Below are positions 1 to 8,207 of a stretch of 13,419 nucleotides of DNA, in pieces. Below the pieces are notes generated by a model that saw only the letters and a list, made by a program, of their open reading frames with translations, was not told the origin of the DNA and did no database searches. The position numbers and the translations under genes were made by a program. Origin of the DNA: an uncultured Bdellovibrio sp. (GTDB lineage Bacteria > Bdellovibrionota > Bdellovibrionia > Bdellovibrionales > Bdellovibrionaceae); NCBI GenBank assembly GCA_963932905.1, contig CAWVRN010000050.1:1-13419 (forward strand). The letters run 5' to 3'. Every line of letters begins with the position of its first letter. Position 1 is the stretch's first letter.

Positions 1-38
1 TAAATGAGCCTTAAACAAATACTATTCCAAATGCAAAG

Positions 39-52
39 TAAGGGGCCAGTTC
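39..52. repeat. 14-bp sequence TAAGGGGCCAGTTC, exact inverted copy of 13332..13345
   Basis: Direct reading: 39..52 is the reverse complement of GAACTGGCCCCTTA at 13332..13345. Both copies are intergenic and lie just 3' of a stop codon. Confidence 0.55.
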
Positions 53-59
53 TTAGCTA

Positions 60-2012
60 CTAGCGTCCCGTAAGTGGCAACGGCACTGTCGAAGATGGTA
101 AGCCTCCGACTGTACCATAGGTAGTTGTTCCTATCCCGCCCAGTGAATATCCTCCTAAATAACTGGTGGACGAACCTAAAGATCCTAAACTTGTACTTCC
201 TGTTCCATTTTGAATAGCTTGAATTCTTTGAATCACGCCAATGAGTTCGGTTTGCAATCCCGACACGGCTTTCTGTTTTTGAATTGCGTTCTCGTAGGCT
301 CGAATTTGTGTCTGCATCAGTTGCTGCTGTTGTTGTAATTGCAATTGCACTGTCTGCGAATCTAATCCTGAAGTACCAAGCCCCGACAGACCATTCAGTC
401 CTGAGAGTCCACTTAGCCCATTCAAACCCATAAGACCACTTAATCCGGACAATCCATTAAGTCCGCTCTGGCCATTCAGTCCTGAGAGACCGCCTAAGCC
501 CATAATGCCGCCGGCTCCGCCAAGACCCATGACTCCAGAGATTCCGGCACCACCCAGAACTCCATAGTTGTTTCCACCCAGCAATGAATAGGGATTCATC
601 ATGGAATTTCCAATACCATTATTCATTCCTAATTGGCTCATCAATAGTTGCTGCGGGTACATTCCTAATCCCGTTGAGCTTAAGCCCCATGGGCCATTCA
701 TACCCCAAGATCCTACACCTTGATTGTACATCCCGCCGCCCATTTGATTGTTCATCGCCCATTGAGGCGTACCAAACGCGCCGCCGATTTGACCCGAGCC
801 ACCCAGTGCTGAGTACGCGCCCATCGTGCCACCCATTCCAGCGATACCACCAGAATTTCCGGCACAACCGAAACTGCCTTGACCCAGTCCCGCACCAATC
901 GCACCAATAATTCCAGGTGTGGCAGCCATAAATGGTGATGTCATAGGTAGCTGAGTCGGATAACCCAGATCTGCATTTTTATCCTGCATGCTTCCATAAA
1001 AGTTTTTAGTCGAAGAGTAGGCGAGCAACGCCATTACTGAATTTCCAATTACGCCACCCCAGTTTGGTTGATTGGCTTGCACATTGCCGCCTCCGGCGCC
1101 CGTGCTCTGCCCCGTTGAACTAGATAAGCATTCTACGCAGATTCCGCCTTCGCGAATTTCTTCAATACGCTGACGACGTGCCTCGGCCTGTTCTTCCTTC
1201 ATTGATTTTTGCAACTCTGGAATTTGTGCTTGTGCGGCTTTGATTGCTTCCTGTTTCGCTTCGATATCGCGTTTTAAATTTTTAATATTACGAACCGATT
1301 TTGGATAGTTTAATACGGCGACCTGGCATTCTGCGCGATTGGCTTTTGATCCCGTCATTAAATAATTTTTCTGGCAAATTGCCGACTTCAACGCACCCTT
1401 AGGATCACGTTGCAAATCACAGACGTCGCCCCACTCTTTAGCTAATCGAGCTGGTTCAATCGTAGCAATCTGCGGCGTTTCGTCGCCATCTTCATCATCG
1501 AGTTTCATGCCACGGGGAGGTTTCATTCCTGCGGGTGATGATCCCGACATTCTTGGAGGCTGGTCTGAATTGGGTTTTCGTTGTTCAACCGGTGCACCAT
1601 CAACGTTCACTTGTGGCGCAGTTCCTATGGTTGCTGTTTCTGGTTTTCCTGCTGTGTTGATGGCAGTTTGTCCTGCATATTCGGAGCACTTATTTTGGCT
1701 GTCAAAGTGAGACTTAATAAAAGTATAAACATCAGGATCAAAATTACCTCTCAGCGTTGTATCGTGTTTTCGCAACTCAGTTTGTTCTTTAGACATCTCG
1801 CGCTTTAATAGCGATACTTCTTTTTTCCATTCGGCCATTTGTTTTTTTAATTCATCAATTTCATCCTTGTAACTTGACGACTCTTCCGCTTGAGACACTT
1901 GATAACCGCAGTTAGATAAACCACCCTGTAACCCATACCCCCAATAGGACTGAGCATGCAGAGGCAATGCGAACAGAAACACGCGGATAACTAAGATATG
2001 TAGCAATTTCAT
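60..2012 (-). CDS. Secreted hypothetical protein (~650 aa) with signal peptide, coiled coils, CxxC motif and Gly-rich low-complexity C-terminal half
   Basis: Long ORF. The ATG at 2012 (MKLLHILVIRVFLFALPLHA|Q, signal-peptide-like) is preceded by SD-like AAGGA and is preferred over the track start at 2030. Heptad-rich segments (YKDEIDELKKQMAEWKKEV..., IKNLKRDIEAKQEAIKAAQ...), GGICVEC and a Gln-rich coiled coil near the C-terminus. Confidence 0.85.
   Translation of the reverse strand: MKLLHILVIRVFLFALPLHAQSYWGYGLQGGLSNCGYQVSQAEESSSYKDEIDELKKQMAEWKKEVSLLKREMSKEQTELRKHDTTLRGNFDPDVYTFIKSHFDSQNKCSEYAGQTAINTAGKPETATIGTAPQVNVDGAPVEQRKPNSDQPPRMSGSSPAGMKPPRGMKLDDEDGDETPQIATIEPARLAKEWGDVCDLQRDPKGALKSAICQKNYLMTGSKANRAECQVAVLNYPKSVRNIKNLKRDIEAKQEAIKAAQAQIPELQKSMKEEQAEARRQRIEEIREGGICVECLSSSTGQSTGAGGGNVQANQPNWGGVIGNSVMALLAYSSTKNFYGSMQDKNADLGYPTQLPMTSPFMAATPGIIGAIGAGLGQGSFGCAGNSGGIAGMGGTMGAYSALGGSGQIGGAFGTPQWAMNNQMGGGMYNQGVGSWGMNGPWGLSSTGLGMYPQQLLMSQLGMNNGIGNSMMNPYSLLGGNNYGVLGGAGISGVMGLGGAGGIMGLGGLSGLNGQSGLNGLSGLSGLMGLNGLSGLSGLNGLSGLGTSGLDSQTVQLQLQQQQQLMQTQIRAYENAIQKQKAVSGLQTELIGVIQRIQAIQNGTGSTSLGSLGSSTSYLGGYSLGGIGTTTYGTVGGLPSSTVPLPLTGR
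375..563 (-). repeat. 21 consecutive Gly-X-Y codon triplets within the 650-aa protein
   Basis: Translation reads GVL GGA GIS GVM GLG GAG GIM GLG GLS GLN GQS GLN GLS GLS GLM GLN GLS GLS GLN GLS GLG. The DNA 17-mer ccattcagtcctgagag occurs at both 391 and 472. Confidence 0.85.
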
Positions 2013-2054
2013 GACATTTCCTTTCGTCAAAATACAGTTCGCTGACGACTCTTT

Positions 2055-2498
2055 TTACGGCTGATTGTTGGAAGCCACGGCGTTGGCAACTACGGGTGGA
2101 AATGAATACAGTGATTTTGAACATAAACTGCCCATCTCACGTTGATCCGCGTGCAAAACATCATAATTAATTGATAAGTCGAGTTGCGCAACTGTCTTAG
2201 TCAAAGAGGCCAAAGCCGCCTGCAAATTATTTTGCGCTTTTTCAGCTTGTTCTTTAGTCGAGGTGCTACTAGCTAAAGTATGATCGACTTCTAACATCGC
2301 TTTTTTCACATTCGCTTCGTCTTGAGCGCGCAGTTGACTATTTTTATAGACGATTTCTTTGATAGCCGAGATTTGTTCTTGTGAAAGTTTGACTCGCACA
2401 CATGGGTGTTCCGAGTTTAGCACAAGTTCGCTATTCTCGGCTGCCAGTAAAGCAGTGGCAAAAAGCGAAATCGATAAAGACAGCATCAGTTTTCTCAT
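2055..2498 (-). CDS. Periplasmic Spy/CpxP/ZraP-like (LTxxQ-motif) helical protein, 147 aa
   Basis: SD GGAGG at 2504..2508. Signal peptide MRKLMLSLSISLFATALLA. Two LTxxQ-like motifs (LSQEQ, VLHADQR) bracket long amphipathic helices. Confidence 0.7.
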   Translation of the reverse strand: MRKLMLSLSISLFATALLAAENSELVLNSEHPCVRVKLSQEQISAIKEIVYKNSQLRAQDEANVKKAMLEVDHTLASSTSTKEQAEKAQNNLQAALASLTKTVAQLDLSINYDVLHADQREMGSLCSKSLYSFPPVVANAVASNNQP

Positions 2499-2544
2499 GG
2501 CTACCTCCGGGTAGTGTTGTTCCCCCTTAGGTTGTCATGAGATT

Positions 2545-2564
2545 GTGGATAGAACGTGGAATAG
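2545..2564 (-). promoter_or_regulatory. Possible OmpR/PhoB-type tandem direct repeat upstream of the Spy/CpxP-like gene
   Basis: Minus strand reads CTATTCCAC-GTT-CTATCCAC, with TCCAC repeated at 11-bp spacing about 50-60 bp upstream of the ATG. Confidence 0.3.
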
Positions 2565-2602
2565 CTTCGAATTTTTACAAGGCGTCTCAGACAGAGACTA
2601 GA

Positions 2603-4567
2603 CTAGTTTGCCTTTAAAAGAGAAAGCATGCTGATCAATTGTCGGACATTCAATGGTTTAGTCAGATAGTTATCGAAACCTAACGCCATAGCGCGATCAC
2701 GTTCTTCTTTTAAGGCATGCGCAGTAAGTGCGATGATCGGAGTTTTAATTCCACTTGTACGTATTAGTCGTGTCGCTTCATAGCCATCTAAGTTTGGCAT
2801 CTGTACGTCCATCAAAATAGCATCGTATGTTTTTTCCTCGACTTTATCGATGGCTTCTAATCCATCATTTGCGATTTCTACTTTAGCGCCCGCATTTTCT
2901 AGGTACCGTGCAAATAACATTTGGTTATCCAAGGAGTCTTCCACTAACAAAATCGAAAGTCCGGTTAATTCGTTAGCATACTCTGACTGTTGATAATTTT
3001 TTTGATTTATTGGCAATGATCGAAATCGGTCTGAAAAATCTTGATCAGTTAAAACACCGGCATTCATTGTAAAAGTAAATGTACTACCCTTTTGAGGATC
3101 GCTTTGAGTCATCACCAAATTACCACCTAAAGAATGAGCCAGTTTTTTAGATAGATTCAGACCCAGTCCGGTGCCCCCAAATTTTCGTGTCGTTGAACTA
3201 TCAGCTTGAACAAAAGCTTCAAATAATCTCTTTTTTTGAACTTCGGTTAAACCAATTCCGGAATCGCGAACTTGAATTTCAACCGAAACAGGACTGGTCA
3301 CTGATTGACGAGCATCGGCGCGTGCTGAAATTTTGACTCCCCCGCGTTCTGTGAACTTCAATGCGTTACTAATTAAGTTTGTTAGAATTTGTCTAACCCG
3401 AACAGGATCACTATTTACAAAATTAGGAAACGGACCGACAAACTCCACATCCAGATTTAATCCTCGGTTACGAGCTGTTAAACTGAATGTCTCTACTAAC
3501 TCGTTCAACAATTCCGTTAACGAAAAACTTGTGATTTCAATTTCCATTCGGCCAGCTTCTACTTTAGATAAATCCAAAATCTCGCCTAGTAGTTTCGTTA
3601 ATCCCTGAGCATTTCGTTTAATGGTCGTTAGATATGTATTTCTGTCAGTTTCACAGGTGTTCGGATCTAAAGCTAAGTCAGCAAAGCCTTCGATAACGCC
3701 AAGTGGAGTTCTGATTTCGTGACTCATATTAGACAGAAAACGTGTTTTAGATTGATTCGCAAACTCAGCATCTTCAAGTGCTTGTTTTTGAGCTTCTTCG
3801 GCCTTCAGTCGTTCCGTCACTTCGATACACGCGACCATAACACCTTCAACGTCACCATCGGTTGATAGATGTTGTTCAATGGTCATGTCGTAACAATGCA
3901 GACGTCCCGATATTGTGATAGACATAGTTAAATGTTGACCGACACCAGTCGTTAAAACTTCCGTTTTAATCTGCGACAATTTTCTCGCTTCTTCTTCAGA
4001 AAAAATATCGGCATCTTTTTTTCCTACAAAAAATTCTTCGTTCAACTGGTCAGGGGCATTATAAACCCACGAATAGCGCAAATCTGCATCGGTCGTATAA
4101 ATCATGATAGGAGCATACTTCAGAGCGACTCGAAAACGCTCGTCCGTTAAACGTAAATCATCCATTAGTTTGCGGCTACGCAAAAGTGCTTTTACTGTGG
4201 CTAACAATACAGGAGGTTCGAAAGGATGAGTCAAATAATTGTCAGCTCCACCTTCTAGGCCATGGATACGGTCTTTGGATGTTACGTAACTAGCAGAAAC
4301 TTGTAAAACGGGTATATGCGAAGTGCGAGGATTCCCTTTTATTCGGCGGCAAACTTCAAAACCGTTGATATCAGGAAGATGAATATCCAAAGTCACTAAA
4401 TCTGGTTTTTCGGTTGCAACCAATTCTAGCGCTTGCAATCCACTGGCAGCTTCAATTGTTTCATAACCGCTGGCACGTAAAGTTCTAGCAACTGCATAAC
4501 GAGTCGCTTCGGTATCGTCGACAACTAGAATTTTCTTTTTGATATTTCCAACTACTTCTAATTTCAC
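2603..4567 (-). CDS. Hybrid sensor histidine kinase/response regulator (REC-PAS-HisKA-HATPase_c-REC), 654 aa
   Basis: N-terminal REC (ILVVDD...TLDIHLP), PAS-like segment (ERFRVALKYAPIMIYTTD), H-box MSHEIRTPL, N-box NLISNALKFT, G-boxes DSGIG and GGTGLGL, C-terminal REC (LLVED...LMDVQMP...KP). The GTG start overlaps the upstream stop (GTGA). Confidence 0.95.
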   Translation of the reverse strand: MKLEVVGNIKKKILVVDDTEATRYAVARTLRASGYETIEAASGLQALELVATEKPDLVTLDIHLPDINGFEVCRRIKGNPRTSHIPVLQVSASYVTSKDRIHGLEGGADNYLTHPFEPPVLLATVKALLRSRKLMDDLRLTDERFRVALKYAPIMIYTTDADLRYSWVYNAPDQLNEEFFVGKKDADIFSEEEARKLSQIKTEVLTTGVGQHLTMSITISGRLHCYDMTIEQHLSTDGDVEGVMVACIEVTERLKAEEAQKQALEDAEFANQSKTRFLSNMSHEIRTPLGVIEGFADLALDPNTCETDRNTYLTTIKRNAQGLTKLLGEILDLSKVEAGRMEIEITSFSLTELLNELVETFSLTARNRGLNLDVEFVGPFPNFVNSDPVRVRQILTNLISNALKFTERGGVKISARADARQSVTSPVSVEIQVRDSGIGLTEVQKKRLFEAFVQADSSTTRKFGGTGLGLNLSKKLAHSLGGNLVMTQSDPQKGSTFTFTMNAGVLTDQDFSDRFRSLPINQKNYQQSEYANELTGLSILLVEDSLDNQMLFARYLENAGAKVEIANDGLEAIDKVEEKTYDAILMDVQMPNLDGYEATRLIRTSGIKTPIIALTAHALKEERDRAMALGFDNYLTKPLNVRQLISMLSLLKAN

Positions 4568-6393
4568 AATTCAACACCTTTGTAGTCGAAACCGGCTTTA
4601 AAAAGTGCTGTCTTAATATTTCTAATTGCCGAGGAGTGATCCCAATCTTCTTTTGAAAGAACGGCCGTAGCATCACCTAATTTCTGCAATTCAGGATCAG
4701 TCAGCTTCAATGCCGTATTAATAACCACTGGTATATTTCTAATTGCGCTGTCTTTTTTAACTGATTCTAATATTTCAAAACCATTTAAATCCGGCATTAG
4801 TATATCCAAAAATACAACGTCAGGACTAAAAAGTTTCATTTTTTGTAATCCGTCCATTCCGTTCTTAGCTTCCATAAATGTTGCTGAGATTTGCGAAGCA
4901 ATGAGTTCCTTTAAAATATAGCGAGACGGCTCATCATCATCGATGAGTAATATTTTAAACGCGCTTCCGTCGTCAACCGATTCTGAGTCAATCTTTTTAT
5001 CATCGTCTAGACGTTTAGAAAACAGTACAGCTTCCCTTTCTCCATCATATACGCGCGGTATTCGAACATGAAACTCCGATCCCTTGCCTTCAACACTTTC
5101 AAGCCAAATATCGCCGCCCAAAAGACGCGCTAGTTTTCTGGACAGCGGCAATCCTAAGCCAGTGCCTTTATGTGACTTCTGAATTTTAGAATGAATCTGT
5201 GTAAAATCTTCGAAAATAGTCTCGTAGTATTCTTTTTTGATTCCGATGCCAGAGTCTTTCACAACTATATGAACTGAATGGTTGGAATCCTGACTAGCAT
5301 GTACGCTCACGGTGCCCGCTTCTGTAAACTTTATGGCATTTGAAATAAGATTTCTTAGAATTTGACTTAATTTAGCTTGATCCGTTTGAAGATCAAGATC
5401 TTCACCACTCCAACCGACAGTAAATTCAACTGAAGATTTTTCCCCCAATATAGGACGGAACATTCCCCGTAATCCACCAAGTAACTCACCGATATGAAAT
5501 GAACTTGAGTTCACACTGATTCTACCCGATTCTACTTTAGCGATATCAAGTAGATCGTTAACGAGCTCAAGTAATGACTCGCCCGACTTGCGAATATAGT
5601 TAACCTGTCGTTCTTGCTCGGCCGTTAGATCACCATCTACACGTTCTAACAACAATCGTGTTAAACTGATGATGGAACTTAACGGTGTTCGAAACTCATG
5701 CGTCATATTAGATAGAAAACTAGTTTTGATCTCGTTGGCATTCTTCAGAGCCGTCGCTTTGTCGTCCAGCTCAGCATAAAGAGCCAAAACACCTTTGTTT
5801 GTTTCTTCCAATTCGCGGTTTAATTCGACGATCTCTTGATTCGAAGACGTGAGATCTTTTAAGGTTATCAGGAGATCACGATTTTGACGTTGCATTTCGT
5901 CTATTGAACTTTGATCTGCTTTTTCTGCTAAACGCGACATGATCGCAGGCAAATTTTCTTTCTTAAACGGCTTAGAACTAGAGCTTAACTTTTTCCCTAG
6001 TAAGATCTGAGTACCCATAGAACTTGAACTTATCTCAAAAATGTCTGAAAGTTTTTTTGAGCCAAGCAAACCAACACCCATTCCACTTGGCGACTGGTAG
6101 ACGCCATCTAGAATTTCTTTTAATTTAGAAATACCAGGTCCTTGATCGACAACTTTTACAAATAAAGTTTGTGGAATGGTATCACTATAGAAAAACTCTA
6201 CTGTTCCCGACTTTGCATACTGATATACATTGCGAGCCAATTCAGACACAGCCGTTGCCAAACGAATTTGATCTTGATTTTCAAAACCAATAGCTTCAGC
6301 TAGCAAACGCGTTCGTTGCCTTACTAGCACAATATCCTGCTCGCAACTGATTTGAGTTTTAATGATTGGAAATCCCGGTTTCTGATCCATCAT
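4564..6393 (-). CDS. Hybrid histidine kinase with N-terminal RsbT-like (anti-sigma kinase fold) domain, HisKA, HATPase_c and C-terminal REC, 609 aa
   Basis: The N-terminus (ATAVSELARNVYQYA...DQGPGI...GMGVGLLGSKKL) parallels RsbT. H-box MTHEFRTPL, NLISNAIKFT, DSGIG, GTGLGL, and REC ILLIDDD...FLDILMP. ATGA overlap with the upstream gene. Confidence 0.95.
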   Translation of the reverse strand: MMDQKPGFPIIKTQISCEQDIVLVRQRTRLLAEAIGFENQDQIRLATAVSELARNVYQYAKSGTVEFFYSDTIPQTLFVKVVDQGPGISKLKEILDGVYQSPSGMGVGLLGSKKLSDIFEISSSSMGTQILLGKKLSSSSKPFKKENLPAIMSRLAEKADQSSIDEMQRQNRDLLITLKDLTSSNQEIVELNRELEETNKGVLALYAELDDKATALKNANEIKTSFLSNMTHEFRTPLSSIISLTRLLLERVDGDLTAEQERQVNYIRKSGESLLELVNDLLDIAKVESGRISVNSSSFHIGELLGGLRGMFRPILGEKSSVEFTVGWSGEDLDLQTDQAKLSQILRNLISNAIKFTEAGTVSVHASQDSNHSVHIVVKDSGIGIKKEYYETIFEDFTQIHSKIQKSHKGTGLGLPLSRKLARLLGGDIWLESVEGKGSEFHVRIPRVYDGEREAVLFSKRLDDDKKIDSESVDDGSAFKILLIDDDEPSRYILKELIASQISATFMEAKNGMDGLQKMKLFSPDVVFLDILMPDLNGFEILESVKKDSAIRNIPVVINTALKLTDPELQKLGDATAVLSKEDWDHSSAIRNIKTALFKAGFDYKGVEL

Positions 6394-7409
6394 ACAGATT
6401 TTCCAATAACTACAACGCAGGTGTCATCACATCCTCGGGTGAAATCACGCGCGACAACAGCCGCAACGATCGTAGGATGTTTCGTTAAAATACCAGGATA
6501 TTCGTTTAAATCCCAACGACTTGTGATGCCATCACTGTGTAGGATAAGTAGGCCGTCATCCCACATTTCATGCATCACAGGTGTCCTACGTATCTGAACA
6601 CCGGCAGTTCCATTTTGGGAAATTAATGATTTTATTTTGTTTTGTTTGTAAATAATAGCCCGGATATTTCCGGCACCAATATAGGATAAATCATTACCAT
6701 CCACGTGAACCATAAATACAGCCCCACCACGGGTGGATTTCAAACGTCCATGAATCCGAATTATCAATTTATCTAAAGGCTCAAATTCAGATTCCCTAAA
6801 TACGTTAACAGCTTCACCCGACGCAGCGTTGGCGAATGTGCCGTGGCCAAGACCATCAATAACCATGGCAGAAATTTTTTCTTCAAGCTGATGTAAACAC
6901 CAATCATCGCCACTAACAATTTCGCTGGTCATGGGCAAATTGACAGCCCCCACTCGGAATCGTCGAGTTGGAAGCTTATCTGGATTTTCGGTAACGCCAC
7001 AAACAATTACAGTACCTTTGCTGACAGATGAATAAATATCGAAAAAGCTGGCAAGACGTCGAACAGCACCAAGCCCCGTACCCGGAGTCGAACCGGTGGT
7101 GTATCCGTCAGCAATCGCTTGTCCTGAATCCATACCCGGTCCACGATCAATCGACACTATTTCCACACCGCGATCATCACCTGTATCAATTTTTCGAATG
7201 ATCAACTGGCCCAAGACTGCGTATTTAATTAAATTATTTCCTAGTTCGTTTACGGCGGTAGCCAGACGACTTTGCGTCACTTCATTTAATCGTACACTCA
7301 TACCCAATTGATGCACAAAACGACGTACTTCGCCTACGCGAGACAAATCAGTCATCTCAAAAAAGTAACTATGACGGTGGAATTCACTTCCACTTGGTTG
7401 TAACAACAC
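6390..7409 (-). CDS. RsbX-type PP2C/SpoIIE phosphatase with N-terminal RsbT-like ATPase domain (start uncertain: TTG 7409, ATG 7355, or frameshifted GTG 7393)
   Basis: N-domain ATAVNELGNNLIKYA...DRGPGM...GTGLGAVRRL. PP2C motifs SGDDW, VIDGLGHG, LHSDGI and DDTCVVV. Located directly after rsbT. Confidence 0.9.
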   Translation of the reverse strand: MLLQPSGSEFHRHSYFFEMTDLSRVGEVRRFVHQLGMSVRLNEVTQSRLATAVNELGNNLIKYAVLGQLIIRKIDTGDDRGVEIVSIDRGPGMDSGQAIADGYTTGSTPGTGLGAVRRLASFFDIYSSVSKGTVIVCGVTENPDKLPTRRFRVGAVNLPMTSEIVSGDDWCLHQLEEKISAMVIDGLGHGTFANAASGEAVNVFRESEFEPLDKLIIRIHGRLKSTRGGAVFMVHVDGNDLSYIGAGNIRAIIYKQNKIKSLISQNGTAGVQIRRTPVMHEMWDDGLLILHSDGITSRWDLNEYPGILTKHPTIVAAVVARDFTRGCDDTCVVVIGKSV

Positions 7410-7791
7410 GTGTGCCTTTTCCTACTTCAGATGAAATTTCAAATTCACTCATTAATCTTCTTGAGCCCGTTAACCCTAATCCAAGACCGGTTCCCGAGGT
7501 GTATCCATCGGTCAAAGCTAATTCTAAATTAGCAATCCCTGGCCCCTGATCTTCAAAAACTAAACGAATTCCTGCTCGACGATCTTCCGACTGTACCGCT
7601 TCTAGCAACAAAGTTCCACCGCCGCCATATTCCAAGGTGTTACGAGCCAGTTCGCTAGCTGCCGTGATAACCTTCGTTTGCTCGATAAGACCTAAACCTA
7701 TACCTGCGGACCACGATCGAACTTCTTTACGGATGACTACGATATCGTTAGGGACTCGAATCTGAAAGTTTTCATGCTTCAATACTTGCAC
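7384..7791 (-). CDS. rsbT: Stressosome serine/threonine kinase RsbT (~135 aa)
   Basis: ITAASELARNTLEYGGGG, FEDQGPGI, DGYTSGTGLGLGLTGSRRLMSEFEI and C-terminal KWK. GTG at 7791 (VQVLKHE) is preferred over the track start at 7809. Confidence 0.93.
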   Translation of the reverse strand: MQVLKHENFQIRVPNDIVVIRKEVRSWSAGIGLGLIEQTKVITAASELARNTLEYGGGGTLLLEAVQSEDRRAGIRLVFEDQGPGIANLELALTDGYTSGTGLGLGLTGSRRLMSEFEISSEVGKGTRVVTTKWK

Positions 7792-8206
7792 GCAAAGCTT
7801 CCAATCCATCGTTTAAATCAGTATTTGAAACTAGATCTTCGTCATTTGAAAGTTCAAGAGATTTTCTTAACAAGGCCATACCGCGATCGACGTTCAATGC
7901 GGTCTTAATACCGTCTAAGGATAGTCCAAGTTCAACGAGTGTGATCGCAACCGCTGGTTGCATTCCGACTACGACTGTTTGCGCGTCCAAAATTTTGGCC
8001 ATGCCGGCGATACCAGCCAACATGCGTCCTATAAAGGAATCAACAATATCTAACGACGAAATATCAATCAACACCGCTTTTGCACTGGTATCGATAATTT
8101 TATTAGTTAAGTCATCTTGTAATGTCATGGCTAGCTGGTCATGCATGTCTACCTGTATAGTCACAAGCAAGAAGCTACCCATTTTCAAAATGGGAATTCT
8201 TTCCAT
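7772..8206 (-). CDS. rsbS: Stressosome STAS protein RsbS, 144 aa
   Basis: MERIPILKMG start, LIDISSLDIVDSFIGR (conserved phospho-Ser in DSF) and VGMQPAVAITLVELGL. Confidence 0.95.
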   Translation of the reverse strand: MERIPILKMGSFLLVTIQVDMHDQLAMTLQDDLTNKIIDTSAKAVLIDISSLDIVDSFIGRMLAGIAGMAKILDAQTVVVGMQPAVAITLVELGLSLDGIKTALNVDRGMALLRKSLELSNDEDLVSNTDLNDGLEALRASIEA

Positions 8207-8207
8207 A

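Noticed and set aside
584..2124. Short track ORFs 584..910, 619..867, 1507..1710, 1581..1808 and 1912..2124
   Set aside because: They are antisense or alternate-frame shadows of the 650-aa and 147-aa genes, with no SD or recognisable motifs.
2584..2598. GTCTC-AGACA-GAGAC hairpin after the HK2 stop
   Set aside because: The stem is only 5 bp with no clear U-tract, too weak to call a terminator.
5257..5274. TTTCAC-N6-ATGAAC resembling the operator core inside HK1
   Set aside because: It has two core mismatches, lacks the CATAT/ATATG outer arms and is intragenic, so it is probably chance.
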